Positions 1 through 10,486 of a stretch of 64,000 nucleotides of DNA are shown piece after piece. The stretch is taken from positions 480,001 through 544,000 of the forward strand of contig OZ253545.1 of assembly GCA_965262615.1 (NCBI GenBank), in the 5' to 3' direction. The notes beneath the pieces are model-generated. The model saw only the letters and a program-made list of their open reading frames with translations, had not been told where the DNA came from and did not search any database. The stretch is from Alphaproteobacteria bacterium (GTDB lineage: Bacteria; Pseudomonadota; Alphaproteobacteria; GM7ARS4; G965262615). How positions within the stretch are numbered: the first letter of the stretch is position 1; the number at the start of each line of letters is the position of its first letter. Both the position numbers and the translations under genes were made by a program.

Positions 1-35
1 CAGCTGCGGCAGGTGAAAACAGGACAGGGACTCAA

Positions 36-359
36 ATGACTTCCATCACGCTGGAGCATTACATTATTCTCTCCGCTTTATTGTTCTCGCTCGGGGTGCT
101 TGGGATTTTTATCAATCGCAAGAGCTTATTGCATCTTCTGATGTGTCTGGAGCTGTCTCTGTTGGCGGTGAATATTGCACTCATTGCTTTTGGGGCGGCG
201 CATGGAGATATCAAGGGTCAGGTGATGGCACTGTTTGTGCTGACGGTCGCCGCCGCCGAAGTGGCGGTGGGACTCGCCATTGTGACCGCATTCTTTCGCT
301 TGCGCCGTTCCATTCACATGGATGACATCACCCTTCATTCCCAGCAACGACAAGAATGA
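36..359 (+). CDS. nuoK: NADH-quinone oxidoreductase subunit K
   Basis: 107-aa hydrophobic ORF with LELxLLAVN and TVAAAEVAVGLAI motifs; precedes nuoL. Confidence 0.95.
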   Translation: MTSITLEHYIILSALLFSLGVLGIFINRKSLLHLLMCLELSLLAVNIALIAFGAAHGDIKGQVMALFVLTVAAAEVAVGLAIVTAFFRLRRSIHMDDITLHSQQRQE

Positions 360-2212
360 GAACTGTGCAATTCTTGTTTGTCAGTGCCGTCATGCTGCCC
401 TTGGTGGGAGGCTTGTGTGCCGCCGCCTTGTTGGCTTTTCCCCAATGGCGATGGCGAGCGGCGCGTGGCGTGACCATCACTCTCATTGTGTCGGCGGTGT
501 GTGCTCTTGGAGCTCTGGCTCTTTTTGATGGACAGCCACGCGCCATTGTCATCATGCCGTGGATTGTATCAGGGGATGTCGCGATTGAGTGGAGCTTGTA
601 TCTTGATTCGCTCTCCATTGTGATGGTGGCGTTGGTGACTTCCGTTGCGGCTCTCATTCATGTCTATGCTCTGGATTACATGAAGGATGATGCCAGCCTC
701 ACGCGCTTTTTTTGTTATTTGAGTCTTTTTACCTTTGCCATGCTGATGCTGGTGAGCGGTGGCAATCTGTTGGTGTTGTTTTTTGGCTGGGAGGGCGTTG
801 GCTTGTGTTCCTATTGGCTGATTGGGTTTTGGCACACGAGGCGCGCCGCCTCGGTGGCGGCGGTCAAGGCATTTGTCTATAATCGCTTCGGTGATACCGC
901 ATTCATGGTGGGATTGGTGGGAATCACCATTGTCACAGGAACGGCGCAATGGCAGGCGATTGAATCGTGGGTAGAGCTCAATCAATCACCGTTCCTTGTC
1001 TCTGTCTTTGCGGGATGCTTGCTGGTGGGGGCGATGGCAAAGTCCGCTCAGTGGCTACTCCATGGATGGCTCGCCGATGCCATGGAAGGTCCCACGCCCG
1101 TCTCCGCCTTGCTCCATGCCGCCACCATGGTCACCGCAGGCGTGTTTCTCATCATCCGCATGCAGCCGTTGTTCATGGGCGCACCCATTGTCATGGATGT
1201 CATCATGGTGGTGGGAGCCGTGACCGCTCTTTTTGCCGCCATCATCGCGTGCGCTCAATATGACATCAAACGCATCATCGCATGGTCAACCTGCAGTCAA
1301 ATCGGGTACATGTTCATCGCCTTGGGCGCGGCGGCGTGGGGAGCGGCATTGTTTCATCTTGTCACCCATGCCTTTTTCAAAGCCTTGTTGTTTCTTGCCG
1401 CAGGCAGTGTCATCCATGCTCTGCACGGCGAACAAGACATCAGACACATGGCACGGCTCGGACGATTCATGCCGTTCACTTTTGCCGCCATGACCATCGC
1501 CGCACTGGCACTCATGGGAATACCCCTGCTGTCGGGATTTTATTCCAAAGAAGCCATTTTAGAAGCCGTCTGGAACAGTGACAGCGCGGTGGCATTGCTC
1601 GCATGGAGCGGCGGACTGCTCGCCGCCTTGCTCACCGCCATTTATGCCACACGCTTGATTGTTGTGCCCTTTCTATCAAGGCAGCCATCGGCTCTCATAC
1701 CCACCGGGCAGCCTCGTGAGGCATCTCTTGTGATGCTCATTCCCATGATGCTGATGGCGTTGGCAGCCATCTTCATGGGATGGGCAACCCATCATTATTT
1801 TCTTGGAACAAGCTCCCATCACGCCGCCATGATCATTCGCTTTTTGCCGTTGGGGATGGCAGGTGGCGGCATGTTGTTGGCACTCATATGGTTCTTGGCG
1901 CGCTTCTCTTTTCCCGCTCGGGTGCAATCATGGATTGGGTTTGTGCGCCGTGGATGCAATATGGACCGCCTGTATCATGTCCTGTGGGGACGAGGATGTG
2001 AGCGCATAGCTCACAGCTGTGTCGTGGCAGAAAAAGAAGTGATTGACCAATTGGGACCCGATGGCATCGCTCAGTTTGTTAAAAGGCAAAGCACACATAG
2101 CGCACAGTGGCAAAAAGCAGGACTCGCCGTCTATAGCTTCTTTCTCATCATGCTGGTGACCCTCCTGCTCACCTGGTACGGATTTACCTTCATCGGGGTG
2201 GAATCACTGTGA
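356..2212 (+). CDS. nuoL: NADH-quinone oxidoreductase subunit L
   Basis: FFGWEGVGLCSY, KSAQ, DAMEGPTPVSALLHAATMVTAG, THAFFKALLFL motifs. Confidence 0.96.
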   Translation: MRTVQFLFVSAVMLPLVGGLCAAALLAFPQWRWRAARGVTITLIVSAVCALGALALFDGQPRAIVIMPWIVSGDVAIEWSLYLDSLSIVMVALVTSVAALIHVYALDYMKDDASLTRFFCYLSLFTFAMLMLVSGGNLLVLFFGWEGVGLCSYWLIGFWHTRRAASVAAVKAFVYNRFGDTAFMVGLVGITIVTGTAQWQAIESWVELNQSPFLVSVFAGCLLVGAMAKSAQWLLHGWLADAMEGPTPVSALLHAATMVTAGVFLIIRMQPLFMGAPIVMDVIMVVGAVTALFAAIIACAQYDIKRIIAWSTCSQIGYMFIALGAAAWGAALFHLVTHAFFKALLFLAAGSVIHALHGEQDIRHMARLGRFMPFTFAAMTIAALALMGIPLLSGFYSKEAILEAVWNSDSAVALLAWSGGLLAALLTAIYATRLIVVPFLSRQPSALIPTGQPREASLVMLIPMMLMALAAIFMGWATHHYFLGTSSHHAAMIIRFLPLGMAGGGMLLALIWFLARFSFPARVQSWIGFVRRGCNMDRLYHVLWGRGCERIAHSCVVAEKEVIDQLGPDGIAQFVKRQSTHSAQWQKAGLAVYSFFLIMLVTLLLTWYGFTFIGVESL

Positions 2213-3681
2213 CTCTGAGTGAATTGCCCATCCTGTCCATGCTGATTGTGACGCCTCTGTTTGGAGTCGTCATTTTGTTGCTGGCGCGCGGGCGGGGCGA
2301 GGTTTTTGACCGTAATGTGTATCAATTGGCTCTGTGGGTGAGTGCCACAGAAGCCTTTCTTGTCTTGATTCTATTGTGGCAGTTTGATGCCTCCCAATTC
2401 GGTCTGCAATGGCAAGAATCTGTCGCCTGGCATGCTCCCTTTGGTTTGACCTATCGTCTTGCTGTTGATGGCATCTCCTTGCCCATCATTCTTTTGACGG
2501 CTTTGATCATCCCGCTGTGTTTTATCTATCGCTATCGCTCCCTCAGAGATGTGCACAGTTACGCCATTTGCCTGCTTCTTTTGCAATCTTTTGTGATGGG
2601 CGCATTGACGGCGATGGATATTGTTCTGTTTTATATCTTTTTTGAGGCGTCACTGATTCCATTGTTTTTGATCATTGGTATCTGGGGCGGGGAGCAAAGA
2701 CTGTATGCCACATTCAAATTTTTCCTCTACACATTCGCTGGCTCGTTGTTCATGCTGGTGGCGATTGCGTTCATGGTGGTGCATGCCGAGACGACTCAAT
2801 GGGATGAATTGCGTGACCATTCATTTCCTTTTTTGACGCAGCAGTGGTTGTGGCTTGCTTTTTTCGCGTCTTTTGCCGTTAAAACGCCGATGTTTCCTTT
2901 TCACACCTGGTTGCCCGCCGCCCATGTGGAAGCCCCTGCGACTGGGTCTGTCATATTGGCGGCGGTGTTGTTGAAGCTGGGAATCTACGGTTTTATGCGT
3001 TTCTCCGTCCCTCTGTTTCCTGAAGCGTCCGTCTTTTTTGCGCCCTTTGTGTTGGCGTTGAGTGTGATTGCCATCATCTATGGTTCTCTTGTGGCATGGG
3101 CGCAGGAGGATATCAAAAAAGTCATCGCTTATTCTTCTGTTGCCCACATGGGATATGTCACACTGGGGCTCTTCAGTATTCATATCAATGGGGCACAGGG
3201 GGCGATGGTGCAGGTAATCAGTCATGGTTTGATCTCTGCCGCATTGTTCTTTTTGGTGGGCATGATGTATGAACGCACCCATCGCCGAGACATTGCTTTC
3301 TACGGCGGGGTGGCGAGTGTCATGCCTCGGGCGGCATTCTTTTTCATGTTTTTCACACTGGCATCCATCGCCTTGCCTGGCACAAGCGGATTTGTGGGGG
3401 AATTTCTCACCTTGTTGAGCGCGTGGCAGGTGCATCCTTTGTGGGCTATGGGAGCATCGGCGGGGGTCATTCTTGCCCCTCTCTACATGTTGTCGCTCTA
3501 TCGGCGGGTTTTTTTTGGTGCCGTGAAAAAATCCATCGCCCCCCTCACGGATCTTTCGTCTCGTGAGACAATTATTCTCATTCCATTGCTTGTCGCCGTG
3601 GTGGCGTTGGGAATGTTCCCATCGCCTTGGATGAATGTCAGCCAAGCCAGCCTTGGTGTCCTTTGGGGAGCTGCGCCATGA
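2209..3681 (+). CDS. nuoM: NADH-quinone oxidoreductase subunit M
   Basis: FYIFFE, PFHTWLPAAHVEAP, IAYSSVAHMG, LPGTSGFVGEF motifs; GTGA overlap with nuoL. Confidence 0.96.
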   Translation: MTLSELPILSMLIVTPLFGVVILLLARGRGEVFDRNVYQLALWVSATEAFLVLILLWQFDASQFGLQWQESVAWHAPFGLTYRLAVDGISLPIILLTALIIPLCFIYRYRSLRDVHSYAICLLLLQSFVMGALTAMDIVLFYIFFEASLIPLFLIIGIWGGEQRLYATFKFFLYTFAGSLFMLVAIAFMVVHAETTQWDELRDHSFPFLTQQWLWLAFFASFAVKTPMFPFHTWLPAAHVEAPATGSVILAAVLLKLGIYGFMRFSVPLFPEASVFFAPFVLALSVIAIIYGSLVAWAQEDIKKVIAYSSVAHMGYVTLGLFSIHINGAQGAMVQVISHGLISAALFFLVGMMYERTHRRDIAFYGGVASVMPRAAFFFMFFTLASIALPGTSGFVGEFLTLLSAWQVHPLWAMGASAGVILAPLYMLSLYRRVFFGAVKKSIAPLTDLSSRETIILIPLLVAVVALGMFPSPWMNVSQASLGVLWGAAP

Positions 3682-5144
3682 CCTCGTTCCTTGACATATG
3701 GATGCCCTATCAAAGACTGCTGCCAGAAGCGGTGCTGATGAGCGCAGTGCTGCTGTTGCTGGCGACTCACCGCCATCCGACAATGCAATCCTACGCTCAT
3801 CTCATCGCCATTGCCGCGTTGTTGCTGGCGCAAGTCATCGTATGGAATTTGAGTCACACGCCCAGTCCAACGGCGGATGGATTGTTTTTGTTTGACACTC
3901 TATCCTTTTTTGCTCGCTCGTTGATTTTATTGGGCGGCGCACTCATTTTGTTTTTGCCCTTTGAAAATGAATCACTGCTTGAGCAAAAGCCGTTGGCGGT
4001 GGAGCATCCGTCACTGATTTTACTGGCATCCATTGGCTTGATGGTGATGGTGAGTGCATACGATTTGCTCACACTCTATTTGGGCATGGAATTGTCGTCA
4101 TTATCGTTGGCGATTTTAGCGGCATCCATGCGGCGCGATGCCGTGTCGGTCACGGGAGGGCTGGTGTATTTTGTGTTGAGTGCGGTGGCATCACTTTTTT
4201 TCCTGTACGGCATGGCGTTGTTGTACGGCTTTGGCGGAGGAACTTCTTTTGGCGAGCTGTCGCAACTGGCGGTGGCGGCGCAATCGGGAACGGATGCCAT
4301 TGTCATTGTGGCATCGTTATTTGTGTTGGTGGCGTTTGCCTTCAAGATGGCGGCTGCGCCCTTCCATTTTTGGGTGGCGGATGTCTATCAAGCCGCCCCC
4401 ACCCATGTGACCGCATTCTTTGCCACCATTCCTAAAATTACTGTTTTTATCCTCTTGGTGCGGTTGATTTTCTTGCCTTTTCAGGGGTTTTATGATGCCC
4501 TCACCGATAGTCTCGTTTTGCTGGCGTGTGTCTCCATGCTGGTGGGAAGCTTGGCGGCGATGGCGCAGAATAACATCAAACGCTTGCTGGCGTATAGCTC
4601 GGTTGCCCACATTGGCTTTGCTCTGGTGGGACTGGTCGCCGCCAACAAAGCAGGATTGAACGGCGCACTCATTTATATGCTGATTTACGGAATGATGACC
4701 ATCGGATGCTTTGCTCTGATTTTGCTCATTCAGAGGCGCAGTGGCTCTATTGGGCATGTGGATGATTTAGCGGGCTTGGCGCGCAGTCATCCTGTGATTG
4801 CACTCGCGCTTGCCATTGTGATGCTCTCTATGGCGGGCTTGCCGCCTTTTGCGGGATTTTTTGCCAAATTGCAGGTGCTGCTGCCTCTCATGCAACAAGG
4901 ATATGAAATTGTCGCCTTGGTCTTTGTTGTGAGTGCGGTCATCGGATGTGCCTACTATTTGCGTGTGATCAAATGCATTTATTTTGATGCGCCTCATGAG
5001 GACATTTCTTTGCTGAAAAACAGAGAGACCGCCTTTGTGATTGCGGTGGTCACGGCATTTTTGCTTTTTTATGGATTGTTTCCTATGGGCTTTTTAGACC
5101 TTGCGGCATCATCGCTCGCGGCTTACGGGCGTGGTCTGCCATGA
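3678..5144 (+). CDS. nuoN: NADH-quinone oxidoreductase subunit N
   Basis: FKMAAAPFHFWVADVY, KRLLAYSSVAHIG, SMAGLPPFAGFFAK; start placed at the ATGA overlap with the nuoM stop. Confidence 0.95.
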   Translation: MTSFLDIWMPYQRLLPEAVLMSAVLLLLATHRHPTMQSYAHLIAIAALLLAQVIVWNLSHTPSPTADGLFLFDTLSFFARSLILLGGALILFLPFENESLLEQKPLAVEHPSLILLASIGLMVMVSAYDLLTLYLGMELSSLSLAILAASMRRDAVSVTGGLVYFVLSAVASLFFLYGMALLYGFGGGTSFGELSQLAVAAQSGTDAIVIVASLFVLVAFAFKMAAAPFHFWVADVYQAAPTHVTAFFATIPKITVFILLVRLIFLPFQGFYDALTDSLVLLACVSMLVGSLAAMAQNNIKRLLAYSSVAHIGFALVGLVAANKAGLNGALIYMLIYGMMTIGCFALILLIQRRSGSIGHVDDLAGLARSHPVIALALAIVMLSMAGLPPFAGFFAKLQVLLPLMQQGYEIVALVFVVSAVIGCAYYLRVIKCIYFDAPHEDISLLKNRETAFVIAVVTAFLLFYGLFPMGFLDLAASSLAAYGRGLP

Positions 5145-5887
5145 ATCTGCGTTTTCGGACACTGGATTGCGTGGACAGCACCAATGATTATCTGTGCTCC
5201 CTTGCGACACAAGGCGAAAAAGAAGGTTTGGTGGTGGTGGCGCGCCGGCAAATCAAAGGGCGAGGGCGGCATCGCCAAGCTTGGATTTCGCCGACCGGCA
5301 ACCTTTACAGTTCTCTTTTGCTGATGCCGTCTGTGGCATCGTCTTTGATATCGCAGCTCTCGTTTGTGTGTGCCGTTGCCTTTGCTTGTGTTCTGGAACA
5401 ATTGGGAGGGCGGCGTGTGCAGATTAAATGGCCCAATGATTTGTTGATTCAAGGACGCAAAATTGGCGGATGTCTCATTGAGCATCACGCGCCGCATGTC
5501 ATCGTGGGGGTGGGAATTAACATTGCCAGCAAGCCCGCCGATGACGATGTGTCGTGGCGTGCCAGCTGTTTGAGCGAGGAGGGCTATCCTCCCTTTGGCG
5601 CAGAATTTTTGGCACAGAGGTTATGGCAAGGATGGGGTTCATTTTATGAGCAATGGCGGCGAGAAGGATTTGCCATTACGCGCCAGCGGATGCTTATCCG
5701 CGCCTTTGGGCTTGGCAAGACATGGCGGTGTGAGCATGATGGACACATGCTGAAGGGACGGTTTGCAGGGCTGGCGGCAGATGGCGCACTGTTGCTGATG
5801 CCCGACGGCGCGCATGCCCCGTATATCATTCACAGTGCCCGTGCCATGCGTTTGCACGATGGAGATGACGATGATTCTTGCCATTGA
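5141..5887 (+). CDS. birA: biotin--[acetyl-CoA-carboxylase] ligase
   Basis: DSTN, QxxGRGR, W-SPxGNLYxS, KWPND, KIGGCL, GVGIN motifs; usual position after nuoN. Confidence 0.93.
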   Translation: MNLRFRTLDCVDSTNDYLCSLATQGEKEGLVVVARRQIKGRGRHRQAWISPTGNLYSSLLLMPSVASSLISQLSFVCAVAFACVLEQLGGRRVQIKWPNDLLIQGRKIGGCLIEHHAPHVIVGVGINIASKPADDDVSWRASCLSEEGYPPFGAEFLAQRLWQGWGSFYEQWRREGFAITRQRMLIRAFGLGKTWRCEHDGHMLKGRFAGLAADGALLLMPDGAHAPYIIHSARAMRLHDGDDDDSCH

Positions 5888-6432
5888 TATTGGCAATAAC
5901 CATAGCGTGTTGGCGTTGTTCTCTGATGAGGGACGGATGGTTCATCATTGGCGATTTGCAGGGCTGGCGGCGGATGGCGCACTGTTGCTGATGCCTCACG
6001 GCGCGCATGCCCCGTATATCATTCACAGTGCCCGTGCCATGCGTTTGCACGATGGAGATGACGATGATTCTTGCCATTGATATTGGCAATAGCCATAGCG
6101 TGTTGGCATTGTTCTCTGATGAGGGACGGATGGTTCATCATTGGCGATTTGCCACCATTGTGACACGCAAAATCGGCGGATGTCTCATTGAGCATCACGC
6201 GCCTCATGTCATCGTGGGGGTGGGAATTAACATTGCTAGCAAGCCTGCCGATGACGATGTGTCATGGCGCGCCAGCTGTTTGAGCGAGGAGGGCTATCAT
6301 CCCTTTGGCAAGACATGGCAGTGTGAGCATGATGGAGATGACGATGATTCTTGCCATTGATGTTGGCAATAGCCACAGCGTGTTGGCGTTGTTCTCTGAT
6401 GAGGGACGGATGGTTCATCATTGGCGATTTGC
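5762..6432 (+). repeat. mosaic tandem duplication of birA 3' and coaX 5' segments (birA/coaX junction at 5858, 6051, 6331)
   Basis: GATGGAGATGACGATGATTCTTGCCATTGAT... occurs three times; 5955-6147 repeats 5762-5954; ~6165-6309 repeats ~5455-5599; copies differ by scattered substitutions. Confidence 0.95.
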
Positions 6433-7123
6433 CACCATTGTGACACGCACTGTGGATGATTGGACGGTGCAATTGAAAATGGCGTTTGACGGCGAAGGAT
6501 ACGCATTGTCGTCAGTGACGGGCGTGGCTCTCGCCAGTGTTGTGCCACAGGTGACGCACTGTTGGAAGATGGTGAGTCACCAATTGTTTGCCATTGAGCC
6601 GTTGTGTGTGGATGGCACATTGAGTGTTCTGCCTCAGATGGAGCTGGAGCATCCCGAGTCGGTGGGCGGCGATCGCATTGCCAATGCGGCGGCGGCGGCG
6701 GCGTTATACGATTTGCCCGCACTCATCATTGATTTTGGCACTGCCACCACTTTTGATGTCATCAATGGCGATGGCGCGTATCTCGGCGGCGTGATTGCTC
6801 CTGGACCTTTGTTGTCGCTGGATGCCCTCATCAAAGCGGCGGCGCAATTGAGTGATATTCCGTTGGAATTTCCGCCCGCCACCATCGGACGCAACACTGC
6901 TCATGCCATGCAGGCGGGGCTCATGGGGGGATACTTGGCGTTGCTGGAGGGACTCATTCGTGCTATTGATGCAGAAGTGGAGGGAAAACTCTCCGTGATT
7001 GCCACAGGAGGGCTCGCCAGCCTGTTTGCATCAAGAACGCAGCTGATTGATGACTATCATGAGCATGTCACATTATATGGTATTTACCAGTTATATTGTT
7101 TGAATGATCACAATGTTCACTAG
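6344..7123 (+). CDS. coaX: type III pantothenate kinase
   Basis: MILAIDVGNS, ASVVP, GGDRIAN, IIDFGTATTFD, VIATGGLA; GGAG upstream of ATG 6344. Confidence 0.93.
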   Translation: MILAIDVGNSHSVLALFSDEGRMVHHWRFATIVTRTVDDWTVQLKMAFDGEGYALSSVTGVALASVVPQVTHCWKMVSHQLFAIEPLCVDGTLSVLPQMELEHPESVGGDRIANAAAAAALYDLPALIIDFGTATTFDVINGDGAYLGGVIAPGPLLSLDALIKAAAQLSDIPLEFPPATIGRNTAHAMQAGLMGGYLALLEGLIRAIDAEVEGKLSVIATGGLASLFASRTQLIDDYHEHVTLYGIYQLYCLNDHNVH

Positions 7124-8846
7124 AGAGAGACATCGCAGGCGACAGCCAATGGCGCGCCGTGACGGGTCTGAATGGAATCATCAGACCATCATTCCAGACA
7201 ATGAAATTTTGTTTCTGCCCTTGGGGGGGGCGGGCGAGATTGGCATGAACTTGACCATGTACGGATGTAACGGCGAGTGGCTGGTGGTGGATTGCGGCAT
7301 GACTTTTGGCGGTGACGACCAACCAGGGATTGACCTCATTTTTCCGGACATTCAATTTTTGGAGCATCACAAGGAGCATGTCAGAGGGATTGTCATCACC
7401 CACGCTCACGAAGATCACATCGGAGCGTTGCCCTATGTGTGGAATCGCTTGCGCTTGCCGATTTTTGTCACGCCTTTTGCGGCTGCGCTGTTGCGCGCAA
7501 AGAATGATGAGCACCATGTGGACTGGAATCAATTCATCCATGTGGTGGGGGATGACAAAAAAATCACGGCGGGGTCTTTTGCCATTGAGATGATTCCCAT
7601 GACTCATTCCATTCCAGAGAGTCATTCGCTGCTCATCACCACGCCTTTGGGGCGGATTTTTCACAGTGGCGATTGGAATTTTGATGAGAGCCCGCCGCTC
7701 GGGTCACCATCATCATCCACACAGCTGGCGGCGATTGGCAAGCAGGGTGTGGATTTGTTGGTGTGTGATTCCACCAATGTTTTTGTCAAACAGCGAGAAG
7801 GCTCGGAGCGACAGGTGGAGGAAAATCTTGCCGCTGTGGTGAGAGACATCACGCGTGGACGGGTGGCGGTGACATTTTTTGCCTCCAACATCGCTCGCAT
7901 GCAAAGCATTGCTCGCGCGGCTCATGCCGCAGGACGCTTCCCCGTGCTGGTGGGGCGTTCCATGAGGCGATATGAGAAAGCAGCGCGCCAGTGTGGGTAT
8001 TTGCGCGATGTGCCGAGATTTGTCAGCGATGAGGATGCCGTCACCATGTCTCCCGATAATGTGCTGTATCTATGCACGGGCTCGCAAGGCGAAGAACGCG
8101 CCGCCATGACGCGCCTTGCCGAAGATTCGCACCCCGCATTGTTTTTGGAAAAAGGAGACACGGTGTTATTTTCCTCTCGGGTGATTCCGGGCAATGAGAG
8201 ACGCATCGGCACGGTGCATAATAATCTGGTGGCGCGCGGCATCACGGTGATGGACAGTGATGACCTTGCCATTCACATATCGGGACATCCATCCCAAGAG
8301 GAATTGGCTCAGCTGTATGGGCTTCTCAAGCCCGCGGCACTGATTCCTGTGCATGGAGAGATGCGTCATTTGCGAGAGCATGTGCGTTTTGCGGAGCATC
8401 ATATTGAGCGCAATCTGTGTGTGACCAACGGCACGATGGCGCGTCTCAAGGGTGATGAATTATCCGCCGTGATGAGCGTTCCTGCGGGTCGGTTGGCTTT
8501 GTATGGCAATCGTATTTTGCCTTTGCGTCATTCGTTGCTTCATCGTCGGCGCGCTCATGCCTTGCGTGGCAAGGCGACAATCCTTATGGTGATGGATGAC
8601 GAGGGGCAGCTGGCGGCTCAGCCGCAGCTGATTGCCGATGGAATCGTTGACCACAAAGACACAGAGGATCTCCAATTGACGAAAGAGTTCATCAAAAGAT
8701 TATTGACCTATTACCAGACCATGCCGCTATCCGATGGCGATGATGCCGTCTTGCGCCGACGCTTGCGGCGGACGAGCGAGGAGATTTTCTCCGAGCTTTT
8801 TGCTTTGCGTCCGTTGGTGGAGGTGCGGATCGTGCGGGTGACATGA
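7104..8846 (+). CDS. rnj: ribonuclease J
   Basis: PLGGAGEIGMN, THAHEDHIGA, HSIPES, TGSQGE, HISGH, PVHGE; start could be 7149. Confidence 0.95.
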   Translation: MITMFTRERHRRRQPMARRDGSEWNHQTIIPDNEILFLPLGGAGEIGMNLTMYGCNGEWLVVDCGMTFGGDDQPGIDLIFPDIQFLEHHKEHVRGIVITHAHEDHIGALPYVWNRLRLPIFVTPFAAALLRAKNDEHHVDWNQFIHVVGDDKKITAGSFAIEMIPMTHSIPESHSLLITTPLGRIFHSGDWNFDESPPLGSPSSSTQLAAIGKQGVDLLVCDSTNVFVKQREGSERQVEENLAAVVRDITRGRVAVTFFASNIARMQSIARAAHAAGRFPVLVGRSMRRYEKAARQCGYLRDVPRFVSDEDAVTMSPDNVLYLCTGSQGEERAAMTRLAEDSHPALFLEKGDTVLFSSRVIPGNERRIGTVHNNLVARGITVMDSDDLAIHISGHPSQEELAQLYGLLKPAALIPVHGEMRHLREHVRFAEHHIERNLCVTNGTMARLKGDELSAVMSVPAGRLALYGNRILPLRHSLLHRRRAHALRGKATILMVMDDEGQLAAQPQLIADGIVDHKDTEDLQLTKEFIKRLLTYYQTMPLSDGDDAVLRRRLRRTSEEIFSELFALRPLVEVRIVRVT

Positions 8847-9250
8847 TGTTGGGACGGCTCAATCACATTGCCATTGTTGTGCCGGACATTGAGGCGGCGC
8901 GCCTTAAATACAAAGAGGCACTGGGGGCATCGGTATCGGAGGTGGAGGATTTTCCCGAGCACGGTGTGCGGGTGGTGTTTGTGAATCTCAGCAACAGCAA
9001 AATTGAGCTGCTCACGCCACTAGGGGACTCGTCTCCCGTGGCGCGATTTTTGCAAAAAAATCCATCGGGAGGATTGCATCATATCTGTCTTGAGGTGGCG
9101 AATGTGCGTGAGGCGATGGCACGGGCTGAGTGGGCGGGCATTCGTCTGTTGGGAGATGGTGTTCCTAAAGTTGGCGCACACGGCAAGGATGTCATTTTCA
9201 TCCATCCCAAAGACATGGACGGCACGCTGGTGGAACTGGAAGAGGCTTAA
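8843..9250 (+). CDS. mce: methylmalonyl-CoA epimerase
   Basis: LNHIAIVVPD, KIELLTP, GGLHHICLEV, FIHPKD..GTLVELE. Confidence 0.93.
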   Translation: MMLGRLNHIAIVVPDIEAARLKYKEALGASVSEVEDFPEHGVRVVFVNLSNSKIELLTPLGDSSPVARFLQKNPSGGLHHICLEVANVREAMARAEWAGIRLLGDGVPKVGAHGKDVIFIHPKDMDGTLVELEEA

Positions 9251-10464
9251 GAAAAAAGACCCGTGTCTTTGCCCTGTGTCACGAGGGCATCAAAAAAGTG
9301 TTCTGTGGTGAGCCATGTGGCGTGAGGTCCCGTGAGCAGTGCGAGGTCTTTGGTCACGCACCCGCGTGCCACGCAGTCCAGACACAATTGCTCCAGCGAT
9401 TGAGAAAAGACACGCAAAGGCTCGTTGTGGTCAAGCCGCGCCCGATGAAACAGGGCGCGACTCCACGCAAAAATACTCGCCAGTGGATTGGTGGAGGTGG
9501 CTTTTCCTTTTTGATGGGCGCGATAGTGGCGAGTCACCGTGCCGTGTGCCGCCTCTGTCTCCACTGTTGTGCCGTCAGAGGTCATCAAAACGGAGGTCAT
9601 CAGACCCAGTGAGCCAAAGCCTTGAGCAATCACATCGGACTGCACATCGCCATCATAATTTTTTGCCGCCCACAAAAAGCCTCCCGATGAGCGCAGAGCC
9701 ATCGCCGCCATGTCATCAATCAGACGGTGTTCATAAGATATATGAGCGGCGCGAAAATCAGACTCAAATTCCTCGCGATAAATGGCGGCAAAAATTTCCA
9801 TAAAGCGTCCATCGTAAGTTTTGAGAATGGTGTTCTTGGTGGAGAGATACACCGGCAGCTGACGCGTCAAGCCATAGCGAAAACAGCTGCGAGCAAAGTC
9901 GGCGATGGAATCATCCATATTGAACATGGCAAGGGCAACGCCTTTTGAGGCAAAGCGATGCACCTCATGACGCTGTTCATCGCCCGCCTCATTGGTGAAG
10001 ACCAGCTCCAATTTTCCTTTATCATCAATTGGGATGTCACAGCTTTGGTATTGGTCGCCAAAGGCGTGGCGGGCAATCACGATGGGTTTTTGCCATGAGG
10101 GAATTTTGCGCGGCACATTGGCACAGACAATGGGCTCGCGAAAAATAGTGCCTTTGAGAATGTTGCGAATGGTGGCGTTGGGAGAGGGATAGAGGCGTTT
10201 GAGCTTGAACTCACGCAGACGATTCTCATCACTGGTGATGGTGGCGCATTTGACACCAACGCCGTGTTCTTTGATGGCAAGGGCGGCTTGGGTGGTGATG
10301 GCATCATCGGTTTTGTCACGATTGCTCATGGACAGATCAAAGGGCAACAGTGGCACATCAAGATGGGGGAGAATGAGTCGTTCTTTGATGTGTTGCCAGA
10401 TGACGCGCGCCATCTCATCGCCTTCAATTTCCACAATGGGCTGGGTGACGGTAATTTTTGCCAT
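9247..10464 (-). CDS. icd: NADP-dependent isocitrate dehydrogenase
   Basis: GDEM, VKCATIT, SPNATIRN, KNYDGDVQSD, EAAHGTVTRHY. Confidence 0.96.
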   Translation of the reverse strand: MAKITVTQPIVEIEGDEMARVIWQHIKERLILPHLDVPLLPFDLSMSNRDKTDDAITTQAALAIKEHGVGVKCATITSDENRLREFKLKRLYPSPNATIRNILKGTIFREPIVCANVPRKIPSWQKPIVIARHAFGDQYQSCDIPIDDKGKLELVFTNEAGDEQRHEVHRFASKGVALAMFNMDDSIADFARSCFRYGLTRQLPVYLSTKNTILKTYDGRFMEIFAAIYREEFESDFRAAHISYEHRLIDDMAAMALRSSGGFLWAAKNYDGDVQSDVIAQGFGSLGLMTSVLMTSDGTTVETEAAHGTVTRHYRAHQKGKATSTNPLASIFAWSRALFHRARLDHNEPLRVFSQSLEQLCLDCVARGCVTKDLALLTGPHATWLTTEHFFDALVTQGKDTGLFS

Positions 10465-10486
10465 GCCTTATGCTATAAGGATTGTG

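Noticed and set aside
5814-6360. ORFs 5814-6080 and 6007-6360 as independent genes
   Set aside because: They are chimeras produced by the birA/coaX duplication
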